From Dehalococcoidia bacterium (GTDB lineage Bacteria; Chloroflexota; Dehalococcoidia; Lucifugimonadales; UBA1127): a DNA stretch of 64,000 bases. The stretch covers positions 1,986,126-2,050,125 of the forward strand of contig OZ244559.1 of NCBI GenBank assembly GCA_965217675.1. Reading direction: 5' to 3'. Shown in pieces: positions 34,228 to 42,851 of the stretch (positions are counted from its first letter, which is position 1; every line of letters starts with the position of its first letter). The position numbers were made by a program, and so were the translations under genes. The notes under the pieces were generated by a model. It was not told the origin of the DNA and ran no database searches. It worked only from the letters and a program-made list of their open reading frames with translations.

Positions 34228-35832
34228 CTAGAAGGACGACTCCATCATGCCCACCGGCACCTCTATGAGCGTGGGCGCGTCTACGGCGATGGACTCCCGA
34301 ATGGCGGCCTCCAGCGCGTCGGCGTCATGCACTCGCAGGCCGCGCGCGCCGAAGGACTCGGCCATCTTCACGAAGTCGGGGTTGTGCAGGTTCGCTCCGT
34401 AGGGGTGGTCGTTGAAACGCCGGACCTGCTCACGCAGCACGTTGCCGTAGGCGTTGTCGTTGAACACCACGGTCACCGTGTTGATGCCGTATTGCACGGC
34501 GGTCGCCAGCTCCTGCACGTTGTACATGAAACCGCCGTCGCCGGAAACGCAGACCACGGGGGTGTCGGGCCGCGCGACTTTGGCGCCCAAGGCCGTGGGG
34601 AAGGCGAAGCCCAGGTTGCCGGAGTAGGACGATGTTATGTAGGTGCCCGGCTTGTAGACCGGGTAGTAGGCGCGGCTGAAGTAGCCGATCTGCGTCATGC
34701 CCGAGATGAAGATGCCGTCGTCAGGGATGGCGTTGCGGATGGCGCGCATGAATGACGCCTGGGGCTCCATGAGGTTCGCGGGGTCGTAGCGCTGCGCACG
34801 GAACGCCTCGAACTCCGCCTGACGGCTCTCACTCGGCCCGACCAGGCCCGACACCGCACCGTGCAACCGCTCCAGCGACACGGCCGCGTCGCCGAGCACG
34901 GACATGGTACTGTCCTTGTAGTTGCGGCCAATCTCGTCCGGGTCGACGTCAATCTGCACGACGCGGTGGCCTTCCGGCAGGTTGGCCGTCGCCATGCGCG
35001 TGCCCACCGCCAGCACGACGGGCCGATCGGCGACCAGCCGTTGCATCGGCTCTTCACGCCCTCGCGGCGACCCCAGCGAGAGGTAGTGCCGGTCGGAGAT
35101 CGCGCCCTTGCCCTCTCCCGTGGTGATAACCGGGGCTTGCAGGTATTCCGCCAGCCGCGTCAGCGCCTCCGATGCCGCCTCCGAGTCTGCGCCGCCGCCC
35201 GCCCAGATGACCACCTTCCCGTCGTTTTCCGCGATCAGCCGCGCCGCCTCCGCAATCTGGTCCGATGCCGGCTCGGTGCGTGGGTGAATGGCGGGCTCAA
35301 GCAGGTCGACGTCGAGCGCCTCGGCCAGCGTGTCCGGCGGAATCTCAATCTCGACGGGGCGCGGCCGGCCGGTGTTGAGCTGCCGGAAGGCCTCGTGCAC
35401 CGCCGAGGGGACGTCGGTGGCGTTCACAACGCGGGCGGCCCACTTGGTCACGGCCTTCACGGACTCCAGCTGGTCGTCGATCTCGTGCAGCAGGCCGCGG
35501 TTGACGCCGATGAGGTCACGCGGGATCTGCCCGGCCACCAGCAGGACGGGCGACGAAGCGGAGTAGGCCGTCGAGAGGCCGGAGGTCGCGTTCAGAACGC
35601 CAGGGCCGGGCACGACCATCGCCGTGCCGATGCCGCCGCCGGCGCGGGCATAGCCGTCGGCCATGAACGTCGTGGCCTGCTCGTTGCGCGTGCTAATCCA
35701 GCGGATGCCGGGCTCGTCGAAGAGGGCGTCGGTGGCGTAGTAGAGCTGGGCGCCGGGGAGCCCGAAGATGACGCGCACGCCCTCCCGGTACAGCGACTTC
35801 GCCAATGCCTGCCCACCGGTCATCTCAGCCAT
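34228..35832 (-). CDS. Thiamine-diphosphate-dependent enzyme (acetolactate-synthase large-subunit-like family)
   Basis: The N-terminal PYR domain is GGQALAKSLYREGVRVIFGLPGAQ...NEQATTFMADGYAR. The C-terminal ThDP motif is GDGGFMYNVQELATAVQYGINTVTVVFNDNAYGNV. Confidence 0.85.
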   Translation of the reverse strand: MAEMTGGQALAKSLYREGVRVIFGLPGAQLYYATDALFDEPGIRWISTRNEQATTFMADGYARAGGGIGTAMVVPGPGVLNATSGLSTAYSASSPVLLVAGQIPRDLIGVNRGLLHEIDDQLESVKAVTKWAARVVNATDVPSAVHEAFRQLNTGRPRPVEIEIPPDTLAEALDVDLLEPAIHPRTEPASDQIAEAARLIAENDGKVVIWAGGGADSEAASEALTRLAEYLQAPVITTGEGKGAISDRHYLSLGSPRGREEPMQRLVADRPVVLAVGTRMATANLPEGHRVVQIDVDPDEIGRNYKDSTMSVLGDAAVSLERLHGAVSGLVGPSESRQAEFEAFRAQRYDPANLMEPQASFMRAIRNAIPDDGIFISGMTQIGYFSRAYYPVYKPGTYITSSYSGNLGFAFPTALGAKVARPDTPVVCVSGDGGFMYNVQELATAVQYGINTVTVVFNDNAYGNVLREQVRRFNDHPYGANLHNPDFVKMAESFGARGLRVHDADALEAAIRESIAVDAPTLIEVPVGMMESSF

Positions 35833-35929
35833 GCTATCCTCCCGCGATGCGGTGTTGTGGTGCTGGAAGGCAAGCTAGAGGAGCGGCGGCGCGATGTCAA
35901 GGAAGCCCGGGGGCGGGAGGGGCTTCACA

Positions 35930-36334
35930 CTATGAGACGGCCACGCGTACCCATGCAATGCCGTCCACATGCTCAAAGTGCCCGTCCGCGGACACCAAGT
36001 CAGCGCCGGATTCCATTGCTTGGGCGGCAATCCAAATGTCATTAGTGGGAATTGGACGCCCCTTTCGACTGAGCGCGGCGACAACCACGCCGTATTGTTC
36101 CGCAGTAGCTAGGCCAATCGGTACGATTGTTGCGTTGGAGCTTTCAAGAAACTCCTGGAGTTCATCCACGTTCTGTTGAAAGCGGTCGCCTAGGTGAAAG
36201 CCTGAAAGCAGCTCTCCCAGCACAATTGGGGACACTAGTATCTGTTCCGCCGTCCGGACGAGGTTCTCGGCAGTCGGATTCCCCCGCTTCAACTCAGAAT
36301 AGATATTTGTATCCAGGAGAATCCTCACCGCCAC
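35930..36334 (-). CDS. vapC: VapC-type PIN-domain toxin
   Basis: Contains ILLDTNIYSEL...PIVLGELLSG...NDIWIAAQAMESGADLVSADGHF, the PIN acidic residues. Confidence 0.8.
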   Translation of the reverse strand: MAVRILLDTNIYSELKRGNPTAENLVRTAEQILVSPIVLGELLSGFHLGDRFQQNVDELQEFLESSNATIVPIGLATAEQYGVVVAALSRKGRPIPTNDIWIAAQAMESGADLVSADGHFEHVDGIAWVRVAVS

Positions 36335-36591
36335 ATGTCCTCGTCAATGGTCTCAAACACTTCAACCGCTTTCGTAAACTCGTCAAATTCCGCCTGTGTC
36401 CACGTGCCAAAGAGGTGGTCCAGGGCGTGGCCTATAGGCTTGCGGGGTTTGGGATCGATCTCCGCAAGACCGGCGCCCTTGCGCATAAGTCTCAGCGCCG
36501 CCTTGCTAAGTGAGATACCCTCTCGCTCGGCCAACTGGCTCAGCCTGGCGCTAAGTGCGTCGTCAAAGCCTCGTACGGTCAGTCGGTTCAT
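36325..36591 (-). CDS. vapB: VapB-type antitoxin (RHH/FitA-like N-terminus)
   Basis: Begins MNRLTVRGFDDALSARLSQLAEREGISLSKAALRLMRKG. It overlaps the vapC start by 10 nt. Confidence 0.65.
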   Translation of the reverse strand: MNRLTVRGFDDALSARLSQLAEREGISLSKAALRLMRKGAGLAEIDPKPRKPIGHALDHLFGTWTQAEFDEFTKAVEVFETIDEDMWR

Positions 36592-36738
36592 GGGGAGCCT
36601 CCGGACACGGCGATTCGTAGTGCTGCAGGGTAATGGTACGGGCCCTGCACACCAACCTCAACCCCTCATCCTTGACACCCCTGCGCACCCGTAGGGACAA
36701 TAGGCCTGCCGCTAGCTATTCATCAGTAGGGGCCGTGC

Positions 36739-38199
36739 ATGTCCGGGAAGTTCCGTGACCTTCGCGAGTACATTGCCTTCTTGGAGGGACGTGGCGACCT
36801 GCGCCGCGTGTCGACGCCGGTGAGCGCGCACCTTGAGATCACGGAGATCATGGACCGGATGGTGAAGTCCGGCGGCCCCGCGCTGCTCTTTGAGAACGTG
36901 GAGGGCCACGATATGCCTGTGCTGGCCAACGCCTTCGGGACCATCCCGCGTGTGGCGTCGGCGCTGGGCGTCGAGCGGCTGGACGAGCTTACGGAGCGCA
37001 CTCGCGGGCTGCTGGGGATGGTGAAGGAGCCGCACCAGGGGTTGTTCGCCAAGCTCAAGGCGCTGGGGCAGCTCGCGCACATCGCGTCGTACCAGCCGAA
37101 GACCGTGCGGAACGCGCCGTGCCAGGAGGTCTTCATCCCCGGCGATGAGGTCGACCTGTCGACGCTGCCGGCGCTCACCTGCTGGCCGGGCGACGCAGGG
37201 CCGTTCATCACGCTGCCCCTCGTCGTCAGCCGAGACCCGGTGACGGGCGTCCGCAACATCGGCATCTACCGCATGCAGGTGTACGACCGAAACACGACGG
37301 GCATGCACTGGCAGACGCACAAGATCGGCGCGCACCACCAGCGGCTGGCGCAGGACAAGGGCATGGAGCGCATGGAGGTCGCGGTGGCGCTTGGCGGCGA
37401 CCCGGCGACGATCTGGGCGGGCTCGGCGCCGCTGCCGCCGGACCTCGACGAGTACCTGCTGGCCGGCTTCATTCGCGAGGAGGGCATCGAGCTGGTCAAG
37501 TGCCGCACCGTCGACCTGGAGGTGCCGGCCCACGCCGAGATCGTGCTGGAGGGCTACGTCGACCCGTCGGAGAGCCGCCCTGAGGGGCCCTTCGGCGACC
37601 ACACCGGTTACTACTCGCCCGCCGAGGACTACCCCGTCTTTCACGTGACGGCCATGACGCGGCGCCGCGACCCCATATACCCCACGACCATGGTGGGCCG
37701 CCCGCCCACGGAGGACTACTTCTTCGGCAAGGCAACGGAGCGGCTCTTCCTGCCGGCCATCCAAATGGTGCTGCCGGAGGTGGTGGACATCAACATGCCA
37801 GCGGAGGGCATCTTCCACAACCTGATCATCGTGGCCATCAAGAAGTCGTACCGGGGGCAGGCGCAGAAGGTGGCCCACGGCATGTGGGGCCTGGGGCTGC
37901 TGGCGCTGGCCAAGACCATCATCCTCGTCGACGCCGACGTCAACGTGCAGGACGTCTCCGAGGTGGCGTGGCGCGTGACAGCGAACCTGGACCCGTCGGA
38001 GGACATTTTCTTCGCGAGCGGGCCGGTCGACGACCTGGACCATGCGTCGAAGACCCCGCGCGTCGGCAGCAAGGTGGGCATCGACGCGACGGCCAAGGGC
38101 GCGCTCGACGGCCGGGAGCGCCCGTGGCCGGAGGACATCGTCATGAGCGACGAGGTCAAGGCGCTGGTTGACGGCAAGTGGTCGTCGTACGGCATATAA
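36739..38199 (+). CDS. ubiD: UbiD-family (prFMN-dependent) decarboxylase
   Basis: Contains FRDLREYIAFLEGRGDLRRVSTPVSAHLEITEI...GGPALLFENVEGHDMPVLANAFG...GIYRMQV...WQTHKIGAHH...FGDHTGYYS, the canonical UbiD motifs. Confidence 0.9.
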   Translation: MSGKFRDLREYIAFLEGRGDLRRVSTPVSAHLEITEIMDRMVKSGGPALLFENVEGHDMPVLANAFGTIPRVASALGVERLDELTERTRGLLGMVKEPHQGLFAKLKALGQLAHIASYQPKTVRNAPCQEVFIPGDEVDLSTLPALTCWPGDAGPFITLPLVVSRDPVTGVRNIGIYRMQVYDRNTTGMHWQTHKIGAHHQRLAQDKGMERMEVAVALGGDPATIWAGSAPLPPDLDEYLLAGFIREEGIELVKCRTVDLEVPAHAEIVLEGYVDPSESRPEGPFGDHTGYYSPAEDYPVFHVTAMTRRRDPIYPTTMVGRPPTEDYFFGKATERLFLPAIQMVLPEVVDINMPAEGIFHNLIIVAIKKSYRGQAQKVAHGMWGLGLLALAKTIILVDADVNVQDVSEVAWRVTANLDPSEDIFFASGPVDDLDHASKTPRVGSKVGIDATAKGALDGRERPWPEDIVMSDEVKALVDGKWSSYGI

Positions 38200-38233
38200 T
38201 TGAGGGTGCGAGCCAGTATCGTCCGAACATGGC

Positions 38234-38260
38234 GCCCTTCGACAAGCTCAGGGCGAACGG
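38234..38260. repeat. Dispersed 27-bp REP-like element, copy 2 (gcccttcgacaagctcagggcgaacgg)
   Basis: It differs by one base from 24274-24300. It lies in the ubiD-ubiA intergenic spacer and is followed by a short direct repeat ctgcatagcg x2. Confidence 0.7.
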
Positions 38261-38312
38261 GACTTACGCTGCATAGCGGAATTACTGCATAGCGCATCGA
38301 AAAGTTGGCCTA

Positions 38313-39197
38313 ATGCAAAACGTAGCGCACAACAACGCGGGCCCTCTGCGGAAGCTGGACTACGTCCTGTCGGCGGTGAAGTTCGAGCAGAGCCTCTTCG
38401 CGCTGCCCTTCGCGTACATCGGCATGCTGCTGGCCGCCGACGGCCTGCCGGAGCTGGAGCCGTTCCTCTGGGTGACGCTTGCCATGGTGGGAGCGCGCAA
38501 TGCGGGGATGGCCGTCAACCGCGTTTTTGACCGCAACGTCGACGCCCTCAACCCACGCACCGCCGACCGCCACCTCCCTCGAGGGCTGCTGCGGCCGTGG
38601 GAGCTCTCGGCGCTGGCCGCTGTGGGGCTCGCGCTGTACTTCGTCGCTGCGTGGCAGCTCAACCCGCTGGCGCTGGCGCTCTCGCCGGTGGGCGCGCTCT
38701 TCGTGGTGGGCTACTCCACGGTGAAGCGCTTCTCGTGGTTGACGCACTTCACCCTGGGCATGACGCTGGCCATCGCGCCCGCGGGTGGCTGGGTCGGCGT
38801 CACCGGCGAGCTGGCGTGGGAGGCGGTGCTGCTCTACTTCGTCGTTGCGACGTTCGCCAGCGGCTTCGACATCTTCAACACCGTTGGCGACATAGACTTC
38901 GACCGGGCGCACGGCATCAGGGCGCTGCCGGCCCGCTTCGGCATTCACGCCGCCTTCTGGGTGTCCCGCACCATGCACGTGATTACCGGTTCGGCCCTGC
39001 TGGCGCTGGGGCTGTGGCTGGAGCTGGAGTGGCCCTACTTCGTAGGCTGGGGCATAGTCGCCGTTCTGCTGGTGTACGAGCACATCGCCCTCAAACCCAA
39101 CGACATGTCCAAGCTGCGCTTCGTCTTCTCGCAGGTCAACGCCGCCATCAGCCTCGCGGTGCTGGTCTTCACCTTCATCGCCGTGGTGGTGGTGTGA
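38313..39197 (+). CDS. ubiA: UbiA-family aromatic prenyltransferase (4-hydroxybenzoate polyprenyltransferase-like)
   Basis: The first Asp-rich motif is NRVFDRNVDALNPRTADRHLP. About 8-9 TM helices are present. The second motif region is ...FNTVGDIDFDRAHGI. Confidence 0.85.
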   Translation: MQNVAHNNAGPLRKLDYVLSAVKFEQSLFALPFAYIGMLLAADGLPELEPFLWVTLAMVGARNAGMAVNRVFDRNVDALNPRTADRHLPRGLLRPWELSALAAVGLALYFVAAWQLNPLALALSPVGALFVVGYSTVKRFSWLTHFTLGMTLAIAPAGGWVGVTGELAWEAVLLYFVVATFASGFDIFNTVGDIDFDRAHGIRALPARFGIHAAFWVSRTMHVITGSALLALGLWLELEWPYFVGWGIVAVLLVYEHIALKPNDMSKLRFVFSQVNAAISLAVLVFTFIAVVVV

Positions 39198-39805
39198 TGA
39201 CGCGCGACAGCCGACCCGTCATCGTGGGCGTCACGGGCGCAAGCGGGGCCGTCATGGCCAAGAGCCTCGTCGATGCGCTCCTGCGCCGCGAGACCGATGT
39301 CGCGTTTGTATGCTCGTCAGGCGGAAGGCTGGTCTGGGCCGAGGAGATGGACAGCAGCTACGCCGCGACGGTGTCCGGCTGGCAGGAGTCGCCGCACTTC
39401 ACGGAGTACGCCATCGGCGACCTCCGGGCCCCCATCGCCAGCGGCTCCTACCCGACCCGCGGCATGGCCGTCATTCCGTGCAGCATGAACAGCCTCTCGG
39501 CCATCGCGCAGGGGCGCTCCGACAACCTGCTGCTCCGCGCCGCCGACGTCTGCCTGAAGGAGCGCCGCACGCTGGTGGTGACGCCCCGCGAGACGCCCCT
39601 GCACTCCGGCCACTTGGAGAACATGCTGCGAGTGAGCCAACTCGGAGGGGTTGTCCTGCCGCCGGAACCCCCATTTTACCTGCGGCCCGAAACAGTGGGC
39701 GAAGTCGTCGACTTCGTCGTCGACCGCGTGCTGGTGGCCCTCGGCGTGGAGGATGCGCTTGAGGACGAGCACCGGTACCGGCCCAAGTCCGATCGGGAGG
39801 GTTAG
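39197..39805 (+). CDS. ubiX: UbiX flavin prenyltransferase (prFMN synthase)
   Basis: ATG 39197 overlaps the ubiA stop (TGATG). Contains VIVGVTGASGAVMAKSLVDALL...AVIPCSMNSLSAIAQGRSDNLLLRAADVCLKERRTLVVTPRETPL. The long upstream extension listed in the ORF track overlaps ubiA and is rejected. Confidence 0.9.
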   Translation: MTRDSRPVIVGVTGASGAVMAKSLVDALLRRETDVAFVCSSGGRLVWAEEMDSSYAATVSGWQESPHFTEYAIGDLRAPIASGSYPTRGMAVIPCSMNSLSAIAQGRSDNLLLRAADVCLKERRTLVVTPRETPLHSGHLENMLRVSQLGGVVLPPEPPFYLRPETVGEVVDFVVDRVLVALGVEDALEDEHRYRPKSDREG

Positions 39806-39808
39806 CCC

Positions 39809-40195
39809 ATGACTGCCTTTACCTGCCGCGTCACGGTCTCCTCCCCCGACCTCCATGAGCAGCGCGACCTCAAAGCCACGGTGAACATCGACAACGCCTT
39901 CTCCATGCTCCCGGCAAGGTTGATGCGCGAGCTGGGCGTGGCGCCCAGCAGACAGGCGCACTACACCATGCCGGACGGGCGCCGCGACCTCATGGACATC
40001 GGTGACGTGCATCTCACCGTGGAGGGCTCATCCGGATCGACGCCGGTCGTCTTCGGCCCGGACGACGCCGAGCCGCTGCTCGGCAGGGTGGCGCTGGCGT
40101 CGCTCGGTCTAAAGGCCGACCCCACAACACAACGGCTCTTTCCCACCCACGGGCTGTTGCCGTCGATGAGGCCCAACACCCCCCGTTCCGGTTGA
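39809..40195 (+). CDS. Retropepsin-like (clan AA) protein with degenerate active-site motif (IDNA in place of DTGA)
   Basis: It starts 3 nt after the ubiX stop, with GGGAGGG 7 nt upstream. It is collinear with the downstream paralogue (…PVVFGPDDAEPLLGRVALASLGLKADPTTQRLFP vs …PVVFGPEDATPLIGMVTLEILRLAVDPVNQTLFP). Confidence 0.55.
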   Translation: MTAFTCRVTVSSPDLHEQRDLKATVNIDNAFSMLPARLMRELGVAPSRQAHYTMPDGRRDLMDIGDVHLTVEGSSGSTPVVFGPDDAEPLLGRVALASLGLKADPTTQRLFPTHGLLPSMRPNTPRSG

Positions 40196-40201
40196 CAACG
40201 C
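40170..40201. repeat. 32-bp perfect direct repeat, copy 1 (ggcccaacaccccccgttccggttgacaacgc)
   Basis: Identical to 40622-40653. Copy 1 supplies the last 8 codons and the TGA stop of the first protease-like gene. Confidence 0.85.
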
Positions 40202-40260
40202 CAATCCTGATGGCCTTTTCGTGCTATACTCCATGTAAATTCCCATAAAGGGGGGCTGTT

Positions 40261-40617
40261 TTGGGCATGTTCACGCGCCCGATGACAATTTCCACCTTGG
40301 ACGGTGAAGCCACTCGTGAAATCGAGGGCCTGATTGATACCGGGGCTAGTTACAGCCTGCTGCCCGCCAGCATCTTGCAGGATATGGGAGTGGTCCCCGA
40401 ATCTGAGGCCAACTTTCGGCTCGCCAATAGAGGTCGTATTACCTTGCCGCTGGGTGGAATGCGTGCAAGGATAGATGGCGTGTCAGGAGTGATTCCAGTA
40501 GTATTCGGCCCGGAGGACGCAACACCCCTCATCGGAATGGTCACGCTGGAAATCCTGCGGCTGGCCGTTGATCCGGTCAACCAAACCTTGTTCCCAGTAG
40601 ACGCCTACCTCACGTGA
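40261..40617 (+). CDS. Retropepsin-like clan AA aspartic protease (small single-domain form, AF_0612/TIGR-type)
   Basis: The intact active-site motif is LIDTGASYSLLP. The protein is about 118 aa. The start is TTG 40261 or ATG 40267, after AAAGGGGGG. An extended -10 element TGcTATACT lies at 40222-40230. Confidence 0.7.
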   Translation: MGMFTRPMTISTLDGEATREIEGLIDTGASYSLLPASILQDMGVVPESEANFRLANRGRITLPLGGMRARIDGVSGVIPVVFGPEDATPLIGMVTLEILRLAVDPVNQTLFPVDAYLT

Positions 40618-40621
40618 CGGC

Positions 40622-40653
40622 GGCCCAACACCCCCCGTTCCGGTTGACAACGC
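40622..40653. repeat. 32-bp perfect direct repeat, copy 2; contains TTGACA (40644-40649) followed 18 nt later by TATGCT (40668-40673)
   Basis: It lies just after the stop of the second protease-like gene. Its position makes it a plausible promoter for the downstream epimerase gene. Confidence 0.8.
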
Positions 40654-40752
40654 GAACCCCGCCTAGCTATGCTACCGCCCGAAGCGCCTGCTGCCGTGGG
40701 CGTCGTGTGGGTATGGGTCCCGCCGGCGGCGCAAAACAACTGGAGGGCAACA

Positions 40753-41706
40753 ATGATTCTGATTACCGGCGGCATGGGGTTCATTGGCCTGCACACAGCC
40801 CGCGCGATGCTCGACGCGGGTGAGGACGTGGTCATCACCTACTACCAGACCTGGCGGGAGCCCGACTTCATCAAGGACGAGTTCGGCGGCCGCGTTCAGG
40901 TCGAGAAGGTGGACGTGACGGACCGCGAGGGCCTGCTGGCCCTGGGCGAGAAGCACGACATCACCAGCATCTGCCACCTGGCGGTCACGGGCCTCGGCGC
41001 CTTCGACGCCATCGGCGACATGCGCGTCAACCTGACGGGCCTGATGAACGTGATGGAGGCCGGTGTGCAGTGGGGCGTCTCCCGCGTCTCGCTGGCGAGC
41101 TCCATCGCCATCTACTCCAGCGTCCCGGAGGGGCCATTCAGGGAGGACATGCCGCTGCCCATCTACGCCACCGGCAACCCAACGGAGACCTACAAGAAGA
41201 CCTTTGAGGTCGTGGGCGGCCATGTGGGCGCACGCTCCAACATCGAGGTCATCAACCTCCGCATCGGCGGCATCTGGGGGCCGCTTTACCACTCCATGGC
41301 CAACCTGCCGAGCCGGCTGGTGCACGCAGCGGTCAATGGTGTGGACCCCAACCTGGCCGCGGGCCGCGGCGGCGTCCCCTTCGCGGAGGATGAGTCCGAT
41401 TTCTGCTACGTGAAGGACTGCGGACTCGGAATCAGCATGGTCCACACGGCGGAGTCGCTGCCGCACAAGACCTACAACATCAGCAGCGGCCGAAGCGCTC
41501 GCAACCAGGACCTGGTCGATGCCATCAAGGAAGTTATCCCGGACGCCCAGATAAATCTGCAGGCCGGCAACGGCCCCAACGCCCGCAAGGACCCCTACGG
41601 CGACCCGGCGCAGATCAGGGCGGAGGTGGGCTATGAGCCGCAGTACACGCTGTACACCGGCGTCGCCGACTACATCGGCTGGCTGCGGGCGGGCAACGAG
41701 CGGTAG
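40753..41706 (+). CDS. NAD-dependent epimerase/dehydratase family protein (extended SDR)
   Basis: GGAGGG lies upstream of ATG 40753. Contains MILITGGMGFIGLHTARAML and a ...YKKTF... (YxxxK) catalytic motif. Confidence 0.85.
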   Translation: MILITGGMGFIGLHTARAMLDAGEDVVITYYQTWREPDFIKDEFGGRVQVEKVDVTDREGLLALGEKHDITSICHLAVTGLGAFDAIGDMRVNLTGLMNVMEAGVQWGVSRVSLASSIAIYSSVPEGPFREDMPLPIYATGNPTETYKKTFEVVGGHVGARSNIEVINLRIGGIWGPLYHSMANLPSRLVHAAVNGVDPNLAAGRGGVPFAEDESDFCYVKDCGLGISMVHTAESLPHKTYNISSGRSARNQDLVDAIKEVIPDAQINLQAGNGPNARKDPYGDPAQIRAEVGYEPQYTLYTGVADYIGWLRAGNER

Positions 41707-41830
41707 CAGCGGCGTCCGCACATTCACTCGTCGCTAAAGGATAGGGGCCGGGAAACCCGGCCCCTTCCTCTTTGCCAACTACCCTTTTCCTTCACAATCG
41801 GGAACGTCACCCACTTGCGGTGCGACGCCC

Positions 41831-42817
41831 CTACCCGGCGGCGTCCATGACCACCTTGATGATCTCATCCTGGTAGTCCTCGTACATTTCGTATGCCTTC
41901 GGGGCCTCGGAGAATGGCAAGCGATGGGTGACCAACCAGGAGACGTCCAGCGCGCCCTGATGCACAAGGGCCACGGCCTCCTTGATGCAGCCTGTCGGGT
42001 CGTTCGTGGAGGCGCTGACGTTGGGGATGATGATCGCCTGCCGGCGCATGAGCCCCACGTAGTCGAGCTCCACCTTGGGCTCCTCCGGCAGGCCGAAGAG
42101 GGCTATGGTGCCGAACATCTTGACCAACCCCTTGATCATCTCTATCGTCTCGACCTGCCCTGCCGCCTCGATGACCACATCGGCGCCCTCGCCGTTGGTC
42201 AGCTCACGCACCACCGCGATGGGGTCCTCGTTGTTGGAGTTGACGGTGTGAGTCGCGCCCTGCAGTCGCGACTTCGCCAGCCGGTAGTCGTGGTGGTCGA
42301 CGGCGACGATGCGGCCCGCGCCCATGCGGGCGGCCAGGCTGGTGAAGGTGAGGCCAATGACGCCCTGCCCCAGGACGACGACGGTCTTCCCGAAGACGTT
42401 GCCCAACCGCTTGGCAGCGTACATCACGGTACCGACGGGCTGACACATGATGTAGGTTGCGGGGTCGGCGCCATCCGGCAAAGGGATGACCAGGTCCGGG
42501 GCCGAGAGAACGTACTCCGCACCCATGCCGTAGTTGCCGCCGCGTCCGCCGCGTCCGATGTTCAGCGCGATGACCCGCGTCCCGGCCGGCACCTCCGCCG
42601 AGTCGCTTTGCTCCACGATGCCCACACACTCGTGGCAGGGCATGGCCGGAGCGAGGGGATAGTTCTCCTCCGGAAAGGCGTACCTGAACGTGCGCATGTC
42701 GCTGCCGCAGATGGAGAGGTACTCGCTGCGAATGAGCAACTGGCCGCTCTCCCGCTCCGGCATGGGCATATCCACCATTCGCATGTGCTTTGGGCCAAAA
42801 ACCTGGATACCCTTCAT
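41831..42817 (-). CDS. Zn-dependent MDR alcohol dehydrogenase family protein
   Basis: GAGGAGGA lies upstream of ATG 42817. Contains ...LSICGSDMRTF...CHECVGIVEQ... and the Rossmann motif VLGQGVIGL. Confidence 0.8.
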   Translation of the reverse strand: MKGIQVFGPKHMRMVDMPMPERESGQLLIRSEYLSICGSDMRTFRYAFPEENYPLAPAMPCHECVGIVEQSDSAEVPAGTRVIALNIGRGGRGGNYGMGAEYVLSAPDLVIPLPDGADPATYIMCQPVGTVMYAAKRLGNVFGKTVVVLGQGVIGLTFTSLAARMGAGRIVAVDHHDYRLAKSRLQGATHTVNSNNEDPIAVVRELTNGEGADVVIEAAGQVETIEMIKGLVKMFGTIALFGLPEEPKVELDYVGLMRRQAIIIPNVSASTNDPTGCIKEAVALVHQGALDVSWLVTHRLPFSEAPKAYEMYEDYQDEIIKVVMDAAG

Positions 42818-42851
42818 GGTTCCTCCTCGTAGTTTCGGGGACTTTTCGCTG

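Noticed and set aside
38597-39196. A 200-codon N-terminal extension of the ubiX ORF, as listed in the ORF track.
   Set aside because: It overlaps ubiA in another frame and is Arg/Ala/Gly-rich nonsense. The UbiX homology starts at MTRDSRPVIVGVTGASG (ATG 39197), which overlaps the ubiA stop.
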